A DNA stretch of 62,520 nucleotides from Kiritimatiellia bacterium (GTDB taxonomy: Bacteria; Verrucomicrobiota; Kiritimatiellia; RFP12; UBA3636), in the NCBI GenBank assembly GCA_016295275.1, contig JAEDLN010000002.1, positions 1 through 62,520 of the forward strand, written 5' to 3'. Shown piece after piece: positions 10,290 through 20,069 of the stretch. The notes beneath the pieces are model-generated. The model had not been told where the DNA came from and searched no databases. It saw nothing but the letters and a program-made list of their open reading frames with translations. Numbering within the stretch: position 1 is the first letter of the stretch; each line of letters starts with the position of its first letter. The translations under genes were made by a program, and so were the position numbers.

Positions 10290-11258
10290 CTAGGGCAACG
10301 GGGGCATCGCCGTTGCGAGCAAAAACGAAAGGGAAATAGCCGAGTAGACTGTCGAAAGAGCTACAGCCGCACCCGAAAGCTCTGCGTCTCCTTTCATGGC
10401 TTGCGCCATCACAAAGGAGGCAACGGCGCATGGACAGGCAAGAAAACCGAGGACGATGAATCGGGATAGAGGGGAGAGTCCGAACAAGGACGACAATAGA
10501 AGACCGCCCAGCGGGCAAACGACCAGTTTCAGAAATGCGGCCCAGTGTCCGGACCGGAATGCGGCTTTGAACTTTGCGACAGAAAGGGAGGAGCCGAGGG
10601 CGATAAGCGATCCCGGGGTTGCCATTTTACCCAGCAAATCGATCGTTTTCGAGGCGGGACCGAAGAGGGTGATATCGAAGCTTTTCCGCAAGAGAAGAAG
10701 AGCCAGGCCGATGAGACAAGCCAAGATGAGCGGATTTTTGAAGACGCCCTTTACGACCTTGAGAAGGCGTTTGCCAAGAGGCGCGGAACGATCTTTCGGC
10801 GTAAGCAGGATGACCGCCATTACGTTGTAGGTGATCAGGCAAGGTGCGAGGGTGATGGCGGCCAGTGCAGCGAGTTGATCAAAATCCGGCCTACCTGTGA
10901 AGGCGAGACACATGACGGGAATGCCGACATATGCGTTATTGCTGCGAAAGACGGACTGGCAAAAGGATGGCCGGGAAAAAGAAGAAATGCCAAGATAGGG
11001 GGCAACGACCCAAGCAATGATTGCGATGAGCAATGTGGAGAGCACCAATACCATTGTAATGGGAAGCCAATCACCCGTAACGTTTGCGGTAGAGATCGAG
11101 CGAACGATCATACAGGGAAGCGCCACCCAAAAAATCAGTTTATTCAGACCTTTCGCCACTTCTTCGGACATGAATTCCGAACGACGGAGCACAACTCCGA
11201 GAATCAGCATGGCGTAGATGGGAAAAAGTGTCGCAAAGACGAATGAAACCGTATGCAT
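10290..11258 (-). CDS. AEC (auxin-efflux-carrier) family permease
   Basis: 322 aa, about 10 hydrophobic helices in two halves. The N-terminus MHTVSFVFATLFPIYAMLILGVVLRR is typical of the AEC/membrane-transport family. Confidence 0.75.
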   Translation of the reverse strand: MHTVSFVFATLFPIYAMLILGVVLRRSEFMSEEVAKGLNKLIFWVALPCMIVRSISTANVTGDWLPITMVLVLSTLLIAIIAWVVAPYLGISSFSRPSFCQSVFRSNNAYVGIPVMCLAFTGRPDFDQLAALAAITLAPCLITYNVMAVILLTPKDRSAPLGKRLLKVVKGVFKNPLILACLIGLALLLLRKSFDITLFGPASKTIDLLGKMATPGSLIALGSSLSVAKFKAAFRSGHWAAFLKLVVCPLGGLLLSSLFGLSPLSRFIVLGFLACPCAVASFVMAQAMKGDAELSGAAVALSTVYSAISLSFLLATAMPPLP

Positions 11259-11281
11259 GACAATGGAAATGAAGAGAAGTT

Positions 11282-11932
11282 TCAGACGGAAGCAACGACA
11301 CCGGGAATATCAAGCCGGGTATGGAGAATGCGCCGAATTTCGGCAGAGACGCATTCGATCGGCTGAGTCGCATTCACGATCGCAAAGCGTCCGGGTTCTT
11401 TGCGGGCCATTTCAAGGTAGCCGTCTCGAAGCCGTTGGTGGAAGTCGACGGGTGCACTTTCGATACGATCCTTGTTTCCGGATCGTGCAATGGCTCGTTC
11501 AAGGCCTTTTTGAACGGGAATATCGAGCAGGAAGGTGAGGACGGGAGTAACGGGCCCCGTCGCAAAAGCGTTGAGAACGCGAAGCCGTTCCACGTCGAAA
11601 CCGCGCCCGTAACCTTGATAGGCAAGCGTGGAGTCGGTAAAGCGGTCGAGAACGATCCAATCGCCGCGTTCGAGCGCCGGTGCCAGAACATGACTGCAAA
11701 GTTGTGCGCGAGAGGCGCAGAAGAGGAGGGCTTCCGTTGCATCGCAAAGAGGCTCTTTCGAGAGGTCGTTTTGCAAAAGATCCCGGATGATTTCTCCGGT
11801 TGGGGTTCCGCCCGGTTCGCGCGTTGTCAAAACCCGGATGCCTTTGCTACGCAGATATTCTGTGAGGAGTCGCGCCTGTGTCGATTTTCCGCCGCCTTCG
11901 GGGCCTTCAAAAGTGATGAGTTTGCCAGTCAT
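11282..11932 (-). CDS. tmk: thymidylate (dTMP) kinase
   Basis: P-loop ITFEGPEGGGKST and the LDRFTDSTLAYQGYGRG motif. Start moved from the track position 11971 to ATG 11932 (MTGKLITFEG). Confidence 0.92.
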   Translation of the reverse strand: MTGKLITFEGPEGGGKSTQARLLTEYLRSKGIRVLTTREPGGTPTGEIIRDLLQNDLSKEPLCDATEALLFCASRAQLCSHVLAPALERGDWIVLDRFTDSTLAYQGYGRGFDVERLRVLNAFATGPVTPVLTFLLDIPVQKGLERAIARSGNKDRIESAPVDFHQRLRDGYLEMARKEPGRFAIVNATQPIECVSAEIRRILHTRLDIPGVVASV

Positions 11933-12248
11933 GGTACAAAAAGGGTAGATGGGAAGCATCGCTCTATCCACTCTAGCATAATTGCGGAAACGCTTCCACA
12001 GGTGAATGGTTCGATGGGGCGTCGTGTTATGACGAAGGAGACGCTGCCCAAAGAAATCGGACGGGGAGGCGGATGGTTGACCGACGTCGGCGTCAGGCGC
12101 TATTTCGAGGTCTTTTCACACAGAATGCAATTCATTCATTTGCTCTTTTATATTTCAAATATGAACGTCGGTGGATTCGTGCAATGAGTTGCAAAATGGC
12201 TGACATTTGGTAAAATGTCGGCACATTTTTTCTATTGTTTTCCCATTC

Positions 12249-13688
12249 ATGACAAGTCCTGCGCTTACTCCCTTTCTTGCGAGTCTTTCCTCCCTGTTGG
12301 CGTTTATTCCGCAACTGCTTATTTGGGTAGGGGCTGGCATTGTGGTTTTGCTCTTCTTCGGCATCATCATTATGGTTCACGAAGGCGGGCATTTTCTTGC
12401 GGCACGATTGTTGGGAATGCGTGCGGATGTCTTTTCGCTGGGCTTTGGTCCTGCCCTTTGGAAAAAGAAGATCGGGGAGACCGAGTATCGGATTAGTGCC
12501 ATACCATTTGGCGGATACGTATCGCTTCCGCAGTTGGATCCGGCAGGAATGGAGCATTTGCAAGGAGGCGGGGAAGGGGAGTGTCGGCAAGCCGTCTGGT
12601 GGAAACGGGCTATTTGCGCCTTTGCCGGTCCTTTTTTCAATTTGGTTTTTGCGCTTATATTGGCGCTCATTATCCGGGGGTTGCCTCCGGTTGTCCCGGA
12701 ATCGCTTGATTTTGACGGAGCGGTTGTCGGAATCGTCGAGGAAGCGTCCGATGCCGAGAAATCGGGATTGCGTCCGGGCGACTGTATTTTGACGGTTGCC
12801 GACCAGCCGGTAAAGAATTGGAGCGAATATCGGATTGAAAGCCATCTTTGCGCCGAGTCAAGTCAAATTGAGTTGAGCGTTTCGAACATTTTCGATCATG
12901 TCACGGCGCACATAACGGCTCCGCTCACGAAGAATGAAACCGGCTTTTTCGTCATATCGGGAGCCGTAGAGGCCGTCAGTTGCGTTTTGACGGATGTCAG
13001 TCCCGGTTCAGCCGCTGAAGAAGTCGGCTTGCTGAAAGGCGACATCATCCGGTCCGTGAATGGAAAGCGAATTGTATCGGTACCTTTTTTCCAGCAACTC
13101 GTTCGTCAAAGCGGAGAGCAGCCGCTGGATATCGAGTATCAGCGGGAAAAAGAAACGGGGCGTCTGACGGTGGCACCGAAGCTTATGATTCCGGATGGCG
13201 AGCAAGAGCCACGGCCGATGCTTGGCGTGGCGTTGTATCCGCAGAGCGTCAGTGTGCCGCAGTGGGCAATGTATCGCAATCCGATCGACCAGATTCTGGG
13301 GGACATGCGTGCCATTGGTCGTATTCTCAAGCCGTTGGTGAGTCCGGGCAGTCGTCACAAAGGAGAGGCCGGGCGCATTAGAAAGTCGCTTGGCGGTCCC
13401 GTTATGATTCTGACTTCGATGTGGTGGACGCTGTTTTCCGGTTTGGCGGGAGCATTGGCCTTCGTTCGATATGTCAATGTGAACCTTGCGATTTTGAACT
13501 TGTTGCCGCTTCCGGTTCTTGACGGCGGGCACATTGTTTTTGCGTTGTGGCGGGGCATTTTCCGTCGTGAAATTCCGAAATGCATTGTCACGTTTTTGGT
13601 CAATGTTTTTGCATTTGCCATTATCGGGTTGTTCCTATACCTGACGTTTCAAGATTTTTGGAATTTATCGTTGCTGGTCCGTCGCTAA
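12249..13688 (+). CDS. rseP: RIP site-2 metalloprotease (M50 family)
   Basis: HEGGHFLAARLLG (HExxH), central PDZ region, C-terminal NLLPLPVLDGGHIVF motif. Track start 12207 is TTG; first ATG is 12249. Confidence 0.9.
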   Translation: MTSPALTPFLASLSSLLAFIPQLLIWVGAGIVVLLFFGIIIMVHEGGHFLAARLLGMRADVFSLGFGPALWKKKIGETEYRISAIPFGGYVSLPQLDPAGMEHLQGGGEGECRQAVWWKRAICAFAGPFFNLVFALILALIIRGLPPVVPESLDFDGAVVGIVEEASDAEKSGLRPGDCILTVADQPVKNWSEYRIESHLCAESSQIELSVSNIFDHVTAHITAPLTKNETGFFVISGAVEAVSCVLTDVSPGSAAEEVGLLKGDIIRSVNGKRIVSVPFFQQLVRQSGEQPLDIEYQREKETGRLTVAPKLMIPDGEQEPRPMLGVALYPQSVSVPQWAMYRNPIDQILGDMRAIGRILKPLVSPGSRHKGEAGRIRKSLGGPVMILTSMWWTLFSGLAGALAFVRYVNVNLAILNLLPLPVLDGGHIVFALWRGIFRREIPKCIVTFLVNVFAFAIIGLFLYLTFQDFWNLSLLVRR

Positions 13689-13721
13689 GTTCTCATCTGT
13701 TTTTCTTCCTGATCAATCGCC

Positions 13722-14834
13722 ATGAATTCCGTTCGATCACAGTGGCCGGCCGTTTGCAGGCGACGTCCGACAAAAAAGATTCGGTTAGGGACGCTTCAAA
13801 TCGGAGGAGACGCTCCGGTTTCGTTGCAAACGATGGCAAATACGGACACTCGGGACGTAGAAGCCAGTTCGAAAATGGCGCTTGCCTGTTTTGAAGCGGG
13901 TGCGGACATTGTCCGGTTTGCCGTCCTGGATCAAGTCGCGGCCCAAGCTTTGGGCGAGGTCAAGAAACGTGTCGGTTCGCATGTTCTTGTTGCGGACATT
14001 CACTTTGACTATCGTTTGGCATTGGCGTCGCTTGAGGCAGGGGTTGACGGCTTGCGCATCAATCCCGGGAATATTGGAGGAGCCGATCGCGTTCGCATGG
14101 TTGCGGAGGCAGCCAAGGCAAGAGGCGTTCCGATTCGAATCGGCGTAAATGCCGGCTCTCTCGACAAAGAGCTTTTGGCCCGATTTGGCGGTGCGACGCC
14201 GGAAGCGCTTGTCGAAAGTGCTTTGCAAGAAGTTTCTCGTCTGGAAGAAGTCGGATTCGATCAAATCAAGATTTCCGTCAAGGCTTCCGATGTCGGGCGG
14301 ACATTGGCGGCCTATCGTCTTCTTTCAGAGCGGACGGATTATCCGCTTCATTTGGGACTGACCGAGGCCGGGACGCGATTAAACGGAACGGTTGCCTCTT
14401 CGGCGGCCATGGGCATTCTCCTTTCTGAGGGAATCGGCGATACGATTCGCGTTTCTCTGACGGATACGCCGCTTGAGGAAGTCCGTGTCGGTCAAGCGCT
14501 TCTACGGGCGTTAGGACTGCGACAAGCCGGACCCAACGTTACATCCTGCCCGACCTGCGGTCGTACGCAATGCGATCTGATTGGAACGGCTCAACGGGTC
14601 GAGGATGCTTTGGAGCTGTTTTATCGTCAGCATCCGGAAGCCAAGCGTCCGCACATTGCCGTCATGGGATGTGTAGTAAATGGTCCGGGAGAGGCTCGAG
14701 ACGCCGATTTAGCGCTTGTCGGCGGGAAGGACTCGTTCTTTCTGTATAAACAAGGCGTTCGGATCGAGACCTTTCCGGAATCGGAGGCTGTTTCAAAATT
14801 GCTACTTGCATTGAAGGAAATTTGTCATGTGTGA
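13722..14834 (+). CDS. ispG: 4-hydroxy-3-methylbut-2-en-1-yl diphosphate synthase
   Basis: 370 aa. Motifs IGGDAPVSLQTMANTDTRDV and RINPGNIG, with C-terminal cluster cysteines (TSCPTCGR ... GCVVNGPGE). Confidence 0.93.
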   Translation: MNSVRSQWPAVCRRRPTKKIRLGTLQIGGDAPVSLQTMANTDTRDVEASSKMALACFEAGADIVRFAVLDQVAAQALGEVKKRVGSHVLVADIHFDYRLALASLEAGVDGLRINPGNIGGADRVRMVAEAAKARGVPIRIGVNAGSLDKELLARFGGATPEALVESALQEVSRLEEVGFDQIKISVKASDVGRTLAAYRLLSERTDYPLHLGLTEAGTRLNGTVASSAAMGILLSEGIGDTIRVSLTDTPLEEVRVGQALLRALGLRQAGPNVTSCPTCGRTQCDLIGTAQRVEDALELFYRQHPEAKRPHIAVMGCVVNGPGEARDADLALVGGKDSFFLYKQGVRIETFPESEAVSKLLLALKEICHV

Positions 14835-16353
14835 TCTGAGAAACGAAATGTCAGCGAAGCCGAAAGCATTCAAGTGTCCTTCTTTATTCGAGTCGCTAAT
14901 CGGGATTCCATTTTCCAAGGTTCCTCCGTTTATTGCCTCCAAAGAGGTCGTGTCTGTTACCGCTTTGCGTATTCTTGCCGATGGAGTCAGCGTCTTTCTC
15001 ACCTATTTTATCACTCTGTTTTTGCGACTGAAGGCTTTTCCGGTTCTTTTCCCCTCTTTCTTTTCTCCGATTCCGGAAAAGTTCGTCGATTATTTCAGCG
15101 GCGATTATTTGCTCTTTCTCGGTGCGTTGTGTTTGTCGCTACTCTTAGTCAATGCCTATAATGGGTTGTACGATGTTTTCCATTTGCAAAAAAGACCTTT
15201 GTTGTGGCTTTACTTCGTGTCAAACATCTTTATCTTTCTGTTGCTTGTTCTGTGGCTGTGGTTTGACAAGAACTATTGGCACATGCGTAGCTTCTATGTC
15301 ATTTTCTTTTTCTTGAACCCGACGATTTCGTGTATTATCCGCAGTTCCCTAAATAAGGTTCTAATGGATATCCGGAAGAAAACCGGCCGGTTGTTATTCC
15401 GATCCGTCTTAGTCGGCAATGATGCAGCCGCCCAAAAGATTTTGAAGAAATCGAAAGAATTCCGGCTTTCAAACTACACGATTGTGCGGCATCTGGAAGG
15501 TTTTTCTTCTCCGGAAGAAATCCGGGAAAAACTTCCGCCGATTTTGCAGCAAGAAAAAGCTTCCTTCATCGTTTTTCTGATGAAGCCGAATGAGGCTCTA
15601 TCAACCGAGATCATCAATGTTGCCGCCGCGCATCATATCGGGGTTCTGTTGCCGATGCCGGCATATTTCAACATTGTCAATCCGTTTTCCTACAACGATT
15701 TCATCAAAGGGAAGGCTCTCCTACACTTCAATCCATTGGTTTTCGGGGTTGCCGAATCGAGGATTCGAGCAGTTTTGGAACGGATTGGGGCTGCAGTCGC
15801 TTTACTCGTTCTCTCGCCGCTGTTTCTTTTGGTCGCCATTCTAATCAAGTTGGATTCCAAAGGACCGGTTTTCTTTTTCCAGGAACGATACGGGAAGGAC
15901 TGCAAACGATTCCGTATGTGCAAGTTCCGGACGATGTGCAACGACGCCGAGTCGAAGCTGGAATCGTTGCGTTGCAAAAACGAGACAGATGGCGCACTTT
16001 TCAAAATGAAAGACGATCCGCGCGTCACGAAGGTTGGTCGTTTGTTGCGTACGACGAGTCTAGACGAGCTTCCCCAGCTGATCAATATTTTTCGGGGAGA
16101 AATGCGCTTTGTCGGTCCGCGTCCGCTTCCTTGCCGCGATTTGGATCCGTATCTGGAGAAATGGCAGATCAAGCGTCAGCTTGTCGCACCCGGATTGACC
16201 TGCATTTGGCAGACATGCGGGCGGAGTGACATAGGGTTTGACATCATGGCCGTGTTGGACATTTGGTATGCGCACAATCGCACCTTCTGGCTAGACTGCC
16301 ACATTATTCTACGAACATTTTATACGGTTCTTTTCTGCCGCGGCTCGTATTGA
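14827..16353 (+). CDS. polyprenyl-phosphate sugar-1-phosphate transferase (second paralogue, EPS/WbaP-like)
   Basis: 508 aa. N-terminal TM block, central Rossmann-like region, C-terminal SKGPVFFFQERYGKDCKRFRMCKFRTM ... DELPQLINIFRGEMRFVGPRP. ATG 14827 overlaps the ispG stop by 8 nt; an alternative ATG is at 14848. Confidence 0.85.
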   Translation: MCDLRNEMSAKPKAFKCPSLFESLIGIPFSKVPPFIASKEVVSVTALRILADGVSVFLTYFITLFLRLKAFPVLFPSFFSPIPEKFVDYFSGDYLLFLGALCLSLLLVNAYNGLYDVFHLQKRPLLWLYFVSNIFIFLLLVLWLWFDKNYWHMRSFYVIFFFLNPTISCIIRSSLNKVLMDIRKKTGRLLFRSVLVGNDAAAQKILKKSKEFRLSNYTIVRHLEGFSSPEEIREKLPPILQQEKASFIVFLMKPNEALSTEIINVAAAHHIGVLLPMPAYFNIVNPFSYNDFIKGKALLHFNPLVFGVAESRIRAVLERIGAAVALLVLSPLFLLVAILIKLDSKGPVFFFQERYGKDCKRFRMCKFRTMCNDAESKLESLRCKNETDGALFKMKDDPRVTKVGRLLRTTSLDELPQLINIFRGEMRFVGPRPLPCRDLDPYLEKWQIKRQLVAPGLTCIWQTCGRSDIGFDIMAVLDIWYAHNRTFWLDCHIILRTFYTVLFCRGSY

Positions 16354-16397
16354 TTTGACGGCGATTGTTTTCAAAGCCGTTGTCTGGTTTCCGGTTC

Positions 16398-18152
16398 ATG
16401 GAGAAACAACCATTTTCCCTATTATCGCTTATTCGCTATCTGAAGCCGTATTGGCACTGGGTTTTGCTGGCCCCGTTTGCCATGTTTCTCGAGGCGTACA
16501 TGGACCTCCTGCAACCGGCCTTGATGAAGCGGATTGTCGATGACGGTGTCATGGCAAGCGACCAAGCGCTTGTCTTTCGCACGGGCTTGCAGATGTTTTG
16601 CTATGCGCTGTTGGGGGCGTGCGGTGGATGTCTGTGTACCTATTTCTCGTCGAAAGCAGCAATGGGTTTTGGAAACGATGTTCGAAAAGCATTGTTTTTC
16701 CGGATTCAGCAGTTGGCCTTTGAACAGACCGATCGGTTTACGGCGGGATCGCTGACGGTTCGTTTGACGAGCGATATCGGCACCTTGCAGTTTTTGGTTA
16801 TCAGCCTGACACGCATGCTGTTGCGATCGCCGTTTTTGCTTTTCGGTTCGATTGTTTTCGTTATCCGCACCGACTGGCATTTGGCCTTACCGCTTCTTCT
16901 TTCCGCGCCTCTGCTGATTTTTGCCGTTGTCTGTTGGATGCGCAAACTGATACCGTTGTTTCAGAAGCGTCTTGAGCAGAGCGATTCGCTAAACGCGAAA
17001 ATGCAGGAAACGCTGATTGGCATTCGTGTCGTCAAGGCTTTTGATACGGAGAAGGGGGAAGCAAGCCGCTTCGAAGTCCTCAATCGTGCATTGTCGGATA
17101 CGGATTTGAAGTCCGGGTATCTGCATTCTACCCTTGGTCCGGCACTTAGTCTCATTCAGCACTTGACGGTTGTCGTGATTCTGATTGTTGCCGCCTACGA
17201 AGCAAATTCGGGCCTTGTGAAGGCAGGCGAGATTGCAGCCATTGTCAACTGGGTCAGTCAGGTGATGATGTCGCTCATCCATCTGAGCTTTATGACGATG
17301 CACTTTTCGCGCGCCGTGATTTCCGCCCATCGTGTCTTGGAAGTGTTGGAGACGGAACCGGCCATTCGGGACGGCGAGGAAAAAAATGCGCCGGAGGATG
17401 GTAGCGTTGAATTTCGTGACGTCACGTTTGCCTATCCGGGGTCTTCGGGGCTTCCGGTTTTGGAGCATATTTCCTTCAAAGCTCCGATGGGAACCCATAT
17501 CGCCATTGTTGGAGCGACCGGATCGGGCAAAACGACCCTATTGAATCTTTTGGCTCGTTTTTATGAACCGGATTCCGGCGAGATTCTCGTTGGGGGGCGC
17601 TCCATTCGCACATATGCGCTGGATTCGCTTCGCTCAATCATGGGGATTGTCCTGCAAAATCCGAGATTGTTTGCCGGAACGGTGTTTGAAAATGTCCGCT
17701 GGGGTCGTCCAGACGCGAGCGATGAAGAGGTAGAGGATGTTTTGCGCATTGCACAAGCCGATCGGTTCGTTTCCCGATTTCCCCAGCGCGGGGCGACGAA
17801 TGTTGCGCAAGGCGGCGTGAGCCTGTCTGGCGGGCAAAAGCAACGTCTATCCATTGCCCGCGCTCTGATTCGAGAACCGAAGATTCTAATTTTCGATGAT
17901 GCGACATCTGCGGTCGATCCGGTTACGGAGCGGCTTATCTGGGATTCGATCCGAGCCCGTTTTCGCCGGACAACCGTATTGTCGGTTGCGCAACGAGCGT
18001 CTTCGCTTCAAGCTGCCGATCGCATTCTGGTACTGGAAAAGGGACGGATTGTCGGCTTTGGTACCCATGACGAATTGTTGCAAAACTGCGAAATCTACAA
18101 GGAAATCATCGATTCTCAGATTACGCCAACCGACAGAAAGGAGGGCGTATAA
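16398..18152 (+). CDS. ABC exporter half-transporter (TMD-NBD), subunit 1 of a heterodimer
   Basis: Six TM helices, then Walker A GATGSGKTT, signature LSGGQKQR and Walker B ILIFDDATSAVD (Asp where the catalytic Glu is expected). Track start 16365 is TTG; first ATG is 16398 (MEKQPFSLLSLIRYLKPY). Confidence 0.9.
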   Translation: MEKQPFSLLSLIRYLKPYWHWVLLAPFAMFLEAYMDLLQPALMKRIVDDGVMASDQALVFRTGLQMFCYALLGACGGCLCTYFSSKAAMGFGNDVRKALFFRIQQLAFEQTDRFTAGSLTVRLTSDIGTLQFLVISLTRMLLRSPFLLFGSIVFVIRTDWHLALPLLLSAPLLIFAVVCWMRKLIPLFQKRLEQSDSLNAKMQETLIGIRVVKAFDTEKGEASRFEVLNRALSDTDLKSGYLHSTLGPALSLIQHLTVVVILIVAAYEANSGLVKAGEIAAIVNWVSQVMMSLIHLSFMTMHFSRAVISAHRVLEVLETEPAIRDGEEKNAPEDGSVEFRDVTFAYPGSSGLPVLEHISFKAPMGTHIAIVGATGSGKTTLLNLLARFYEPDSGEILVGGRSIRTYALDSLRSIMGIVLQNPRLFAGTVFENVRWGRPDASDEEVEDVLRIAQADRFVSRFPQRGATNVAQGGVSLSGGQKQRLSIARALIREPKILIFDDATSAVDPVTERLIWDSIRARFRRTTVLSVAQRASSLQAADRILVLEKGRIVGFGTHDELLQNCEIYKEIIDSQITPTDRKEGV

Positions 18153-19981
18153 TGCCGCCTCGACATCCGCACTTTGGAATGACTTCCGAGCCACAGCATG
18201 CGAAGAATGCGGTTGCTACCTTCCGTCGTTTACTGGGTTATTTGCGCGGGCAGCGGAGGGAAGTCCTGTTATTGCTTCCCGGCATCTTTTTCATAACCTT
18301 GATGGGGCTTGCGTGGCCTAGCATTTTAGGCGGTGTCATTGACGTCCTCGCACATCCGCCCGTTGACTGGCGGCGGATTGCAATGTTGCTGGGCTTGTCG
18401 TTGATACTCTTGTTTGCCTCATTGGGTGCGCGCATCTATCAAACGCGGGGAACGGTTCGTTTGTCCGTGTTGTCTGTATTGGGCATGCGCCGCGAATTAT
18501 TCCGCCATCTCATGACACTGCCAGTTTCTTGTTTTGATCGGACGCCGCACGGCGAGTACATGAGCAGGCTGACGAATGACACCTCAATGGCAGGCGATAC
18601 GCTTGGTTCCGGATTGCTTTCGTTTTTTGCTTCGTGCATCACGTTGATCGGAACATTTGCCTATATGCTTTGGCTCAGCATACCGATGACGGTTGTCGCC
18701 TGCATAACGTTGCCGCTCACGTATTTTGCCGGAAAGTTGTTGGTGCGTATCTCCCGAAAGCTTTACCGGGAACGCCAGAAGGCGATTGGCGAGTTGAACG
18801 GGTATGCCGAAGAAATGATTGCCGGGCAGCATACCGTGCAAGCCTTTAGTCGTAGCGAGGAAGTCGCCAGGCAGTTCAATGAGCGATCCGACCGGTTGAA
18901 AGCACTGGCATTGCGGGCGGAGATTGTCGGTGGTTTCATGGGGCCGATGATGAACACAATCAACAACCTATCGTTCATTTTGGTCGCTGCCATTGGAGGA
19001 TGGCTTGCCATTCATTCAGAGAACATCACGGTCGGGACCGTTGTAGCCTTTTTGCTGTATGCTCGTCAATTTGGACGTCCCGTGAATGAAATTGCCGGCC
19101 AATTTGCGCAGATTCAAAGTGCCATTGCCGGTGCAGAGCGTGTTTTTCACGTTATTGACGAACCATCGGAGCCGGATGAGGGGACGGTTTGTTTGCCTGA
19201 TTCCGTTCGCGGGGTCATACGGTTTGAGCAGGTTTTCTTTCGCTATGTCGAAGATACGCCTGTGCTAACGGATTTTTCCCTCCACATCCAAGCCGGGCAG
19301 AAGGTCGCACTTGTCGGTGAGACCGGCTCCGGAAAGACGACGATTATCAGTCTGTTGGCTCGGTTTTACGATCCACAATCGGGATCGATTTTTCTCGATG
19401 GAATCAATCTTCGCAATATTCGGAAGTCTGATTTGCGGAGGCGTTTGGCCATTGTTCTGCAAGACGTAAAAATGTTCTCCGGAACGGTTGCGGAGAACAT
19501 TGCGTACGGAAGCCGTTCGGAAGCCAATGAGGACATTGAAGGAAGACGGTTTTCTCGCGAACGGATTGTCAAAGCCGCCAAGCTAGCCAATGCCGACACC
19601 TTCATACGGGCGTTACCGCAGGGCTATGACACGCAGATCCAGCAAACCGACACGGCGCTATCGCAAGGACAATGCCAGCTTCTTTCCATTGCCCGTGCCG
19701 CCCTATCAAATCCTGCGGTTCTGATTTTGGATGAGGCGACATCCAGCGTGGATACGCGCACCGAATTGTGTATTCAAGAAGCCATGGTTCGGTTGTTGGA
19801 GGGGCGTACGAGCATCATTATCGCCCATCGTCTCTCGACCATTCGAAATTCAGATTTGATCGTTGTTTTGGATCACGGTCGGATTGTCGGAAAGGGGACG
19901 CACGAAGAGCTTCTTGCCTCCAATGAACCGTATCAACGGCTTTACACTGCCTCGAAAGCGGAAGGATCTGCATTCGTTTAG
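18152..19981 (+). CDS. ABC exporter half-transporter (TMD-NBD), subunit 2 of a heterodimer
   Basis: Start overlaps the upstream stop (TAATG). Walker A GETGSGKTT, non-canonical signature LSQGQCQ, canonical Walker B LILDEATSSVD. Confidence 0.9.
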   Translation: MPPRHPHFGMTSEPQHAKNAVATFRRLLGYLRGQRREVLLLLPGIFFITLMGLAWPSILGGVIDVLAHPPVDWRRIAMLLGLSLILLFASLGARIYQTRGTVRLSVLSVLGMRRELFRHLMTLPVSCFDRTPHGEYMSRLTNDTSMAGDTLGSGLLSFFASCITLIGTFAYMLWLSIPMTVVACITLPLTYFAGKLLVRISRKLYRERQKAIGELNGYAEEMIAGQHTVQAFSRSEEVARQFNERSDRLKALALRAEIVGGFMGPMMNTINNLSFILVAAIGGWLAIHSENITVGTVVAFLLYARQFGRPVNEIAGQFAQIQSAIAGAERVFHVIDEPSEPDEGTVCLPDSVRGVIRFEQVFFRYVEDTPVLTDFSLHIQAGQKVALVGETGSGKTTIISLLARFYDPQSGSIFLDGINLRNIRKSDLRRRLAIVLQDVKMFSGTVAENIAYGSRSEANEDIEGRRFSRERIVKAAKLANADTFIRALPQGYDTQIQQTDTALSQGQCQLLSIARAALSNPAVLILDEATSSVDTRTELCIQEAMVRLLEGRTSIIIAHRLSTIRNSDLIVVLDHGRIVGKGTHEELLASNEPYQRLYTASKAEGSAFV

Positions 19982-20006
19982 ACAGTACGGCATCCTTCTG
20001 GAAGAA

Positions 20007-20046
20007 AAAGACATCGGACGCCGGCCGCGTCCGATGTCTTTTTTCA
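20007..20046. terminator. hairpin terminator between convergent ABC exporter and GH78 genes
   Basis: AAAGACATCGGACG-CCGGCCG-CGTCCGATGTCTTT is a 14-bp perfect stem flanked by an A-run upstream and TTTTT downstream, so it could act in both directions. Confidence 0.65.
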
Positions 20047-20069
20047 AGAATGACTGCGTACACACTTGC

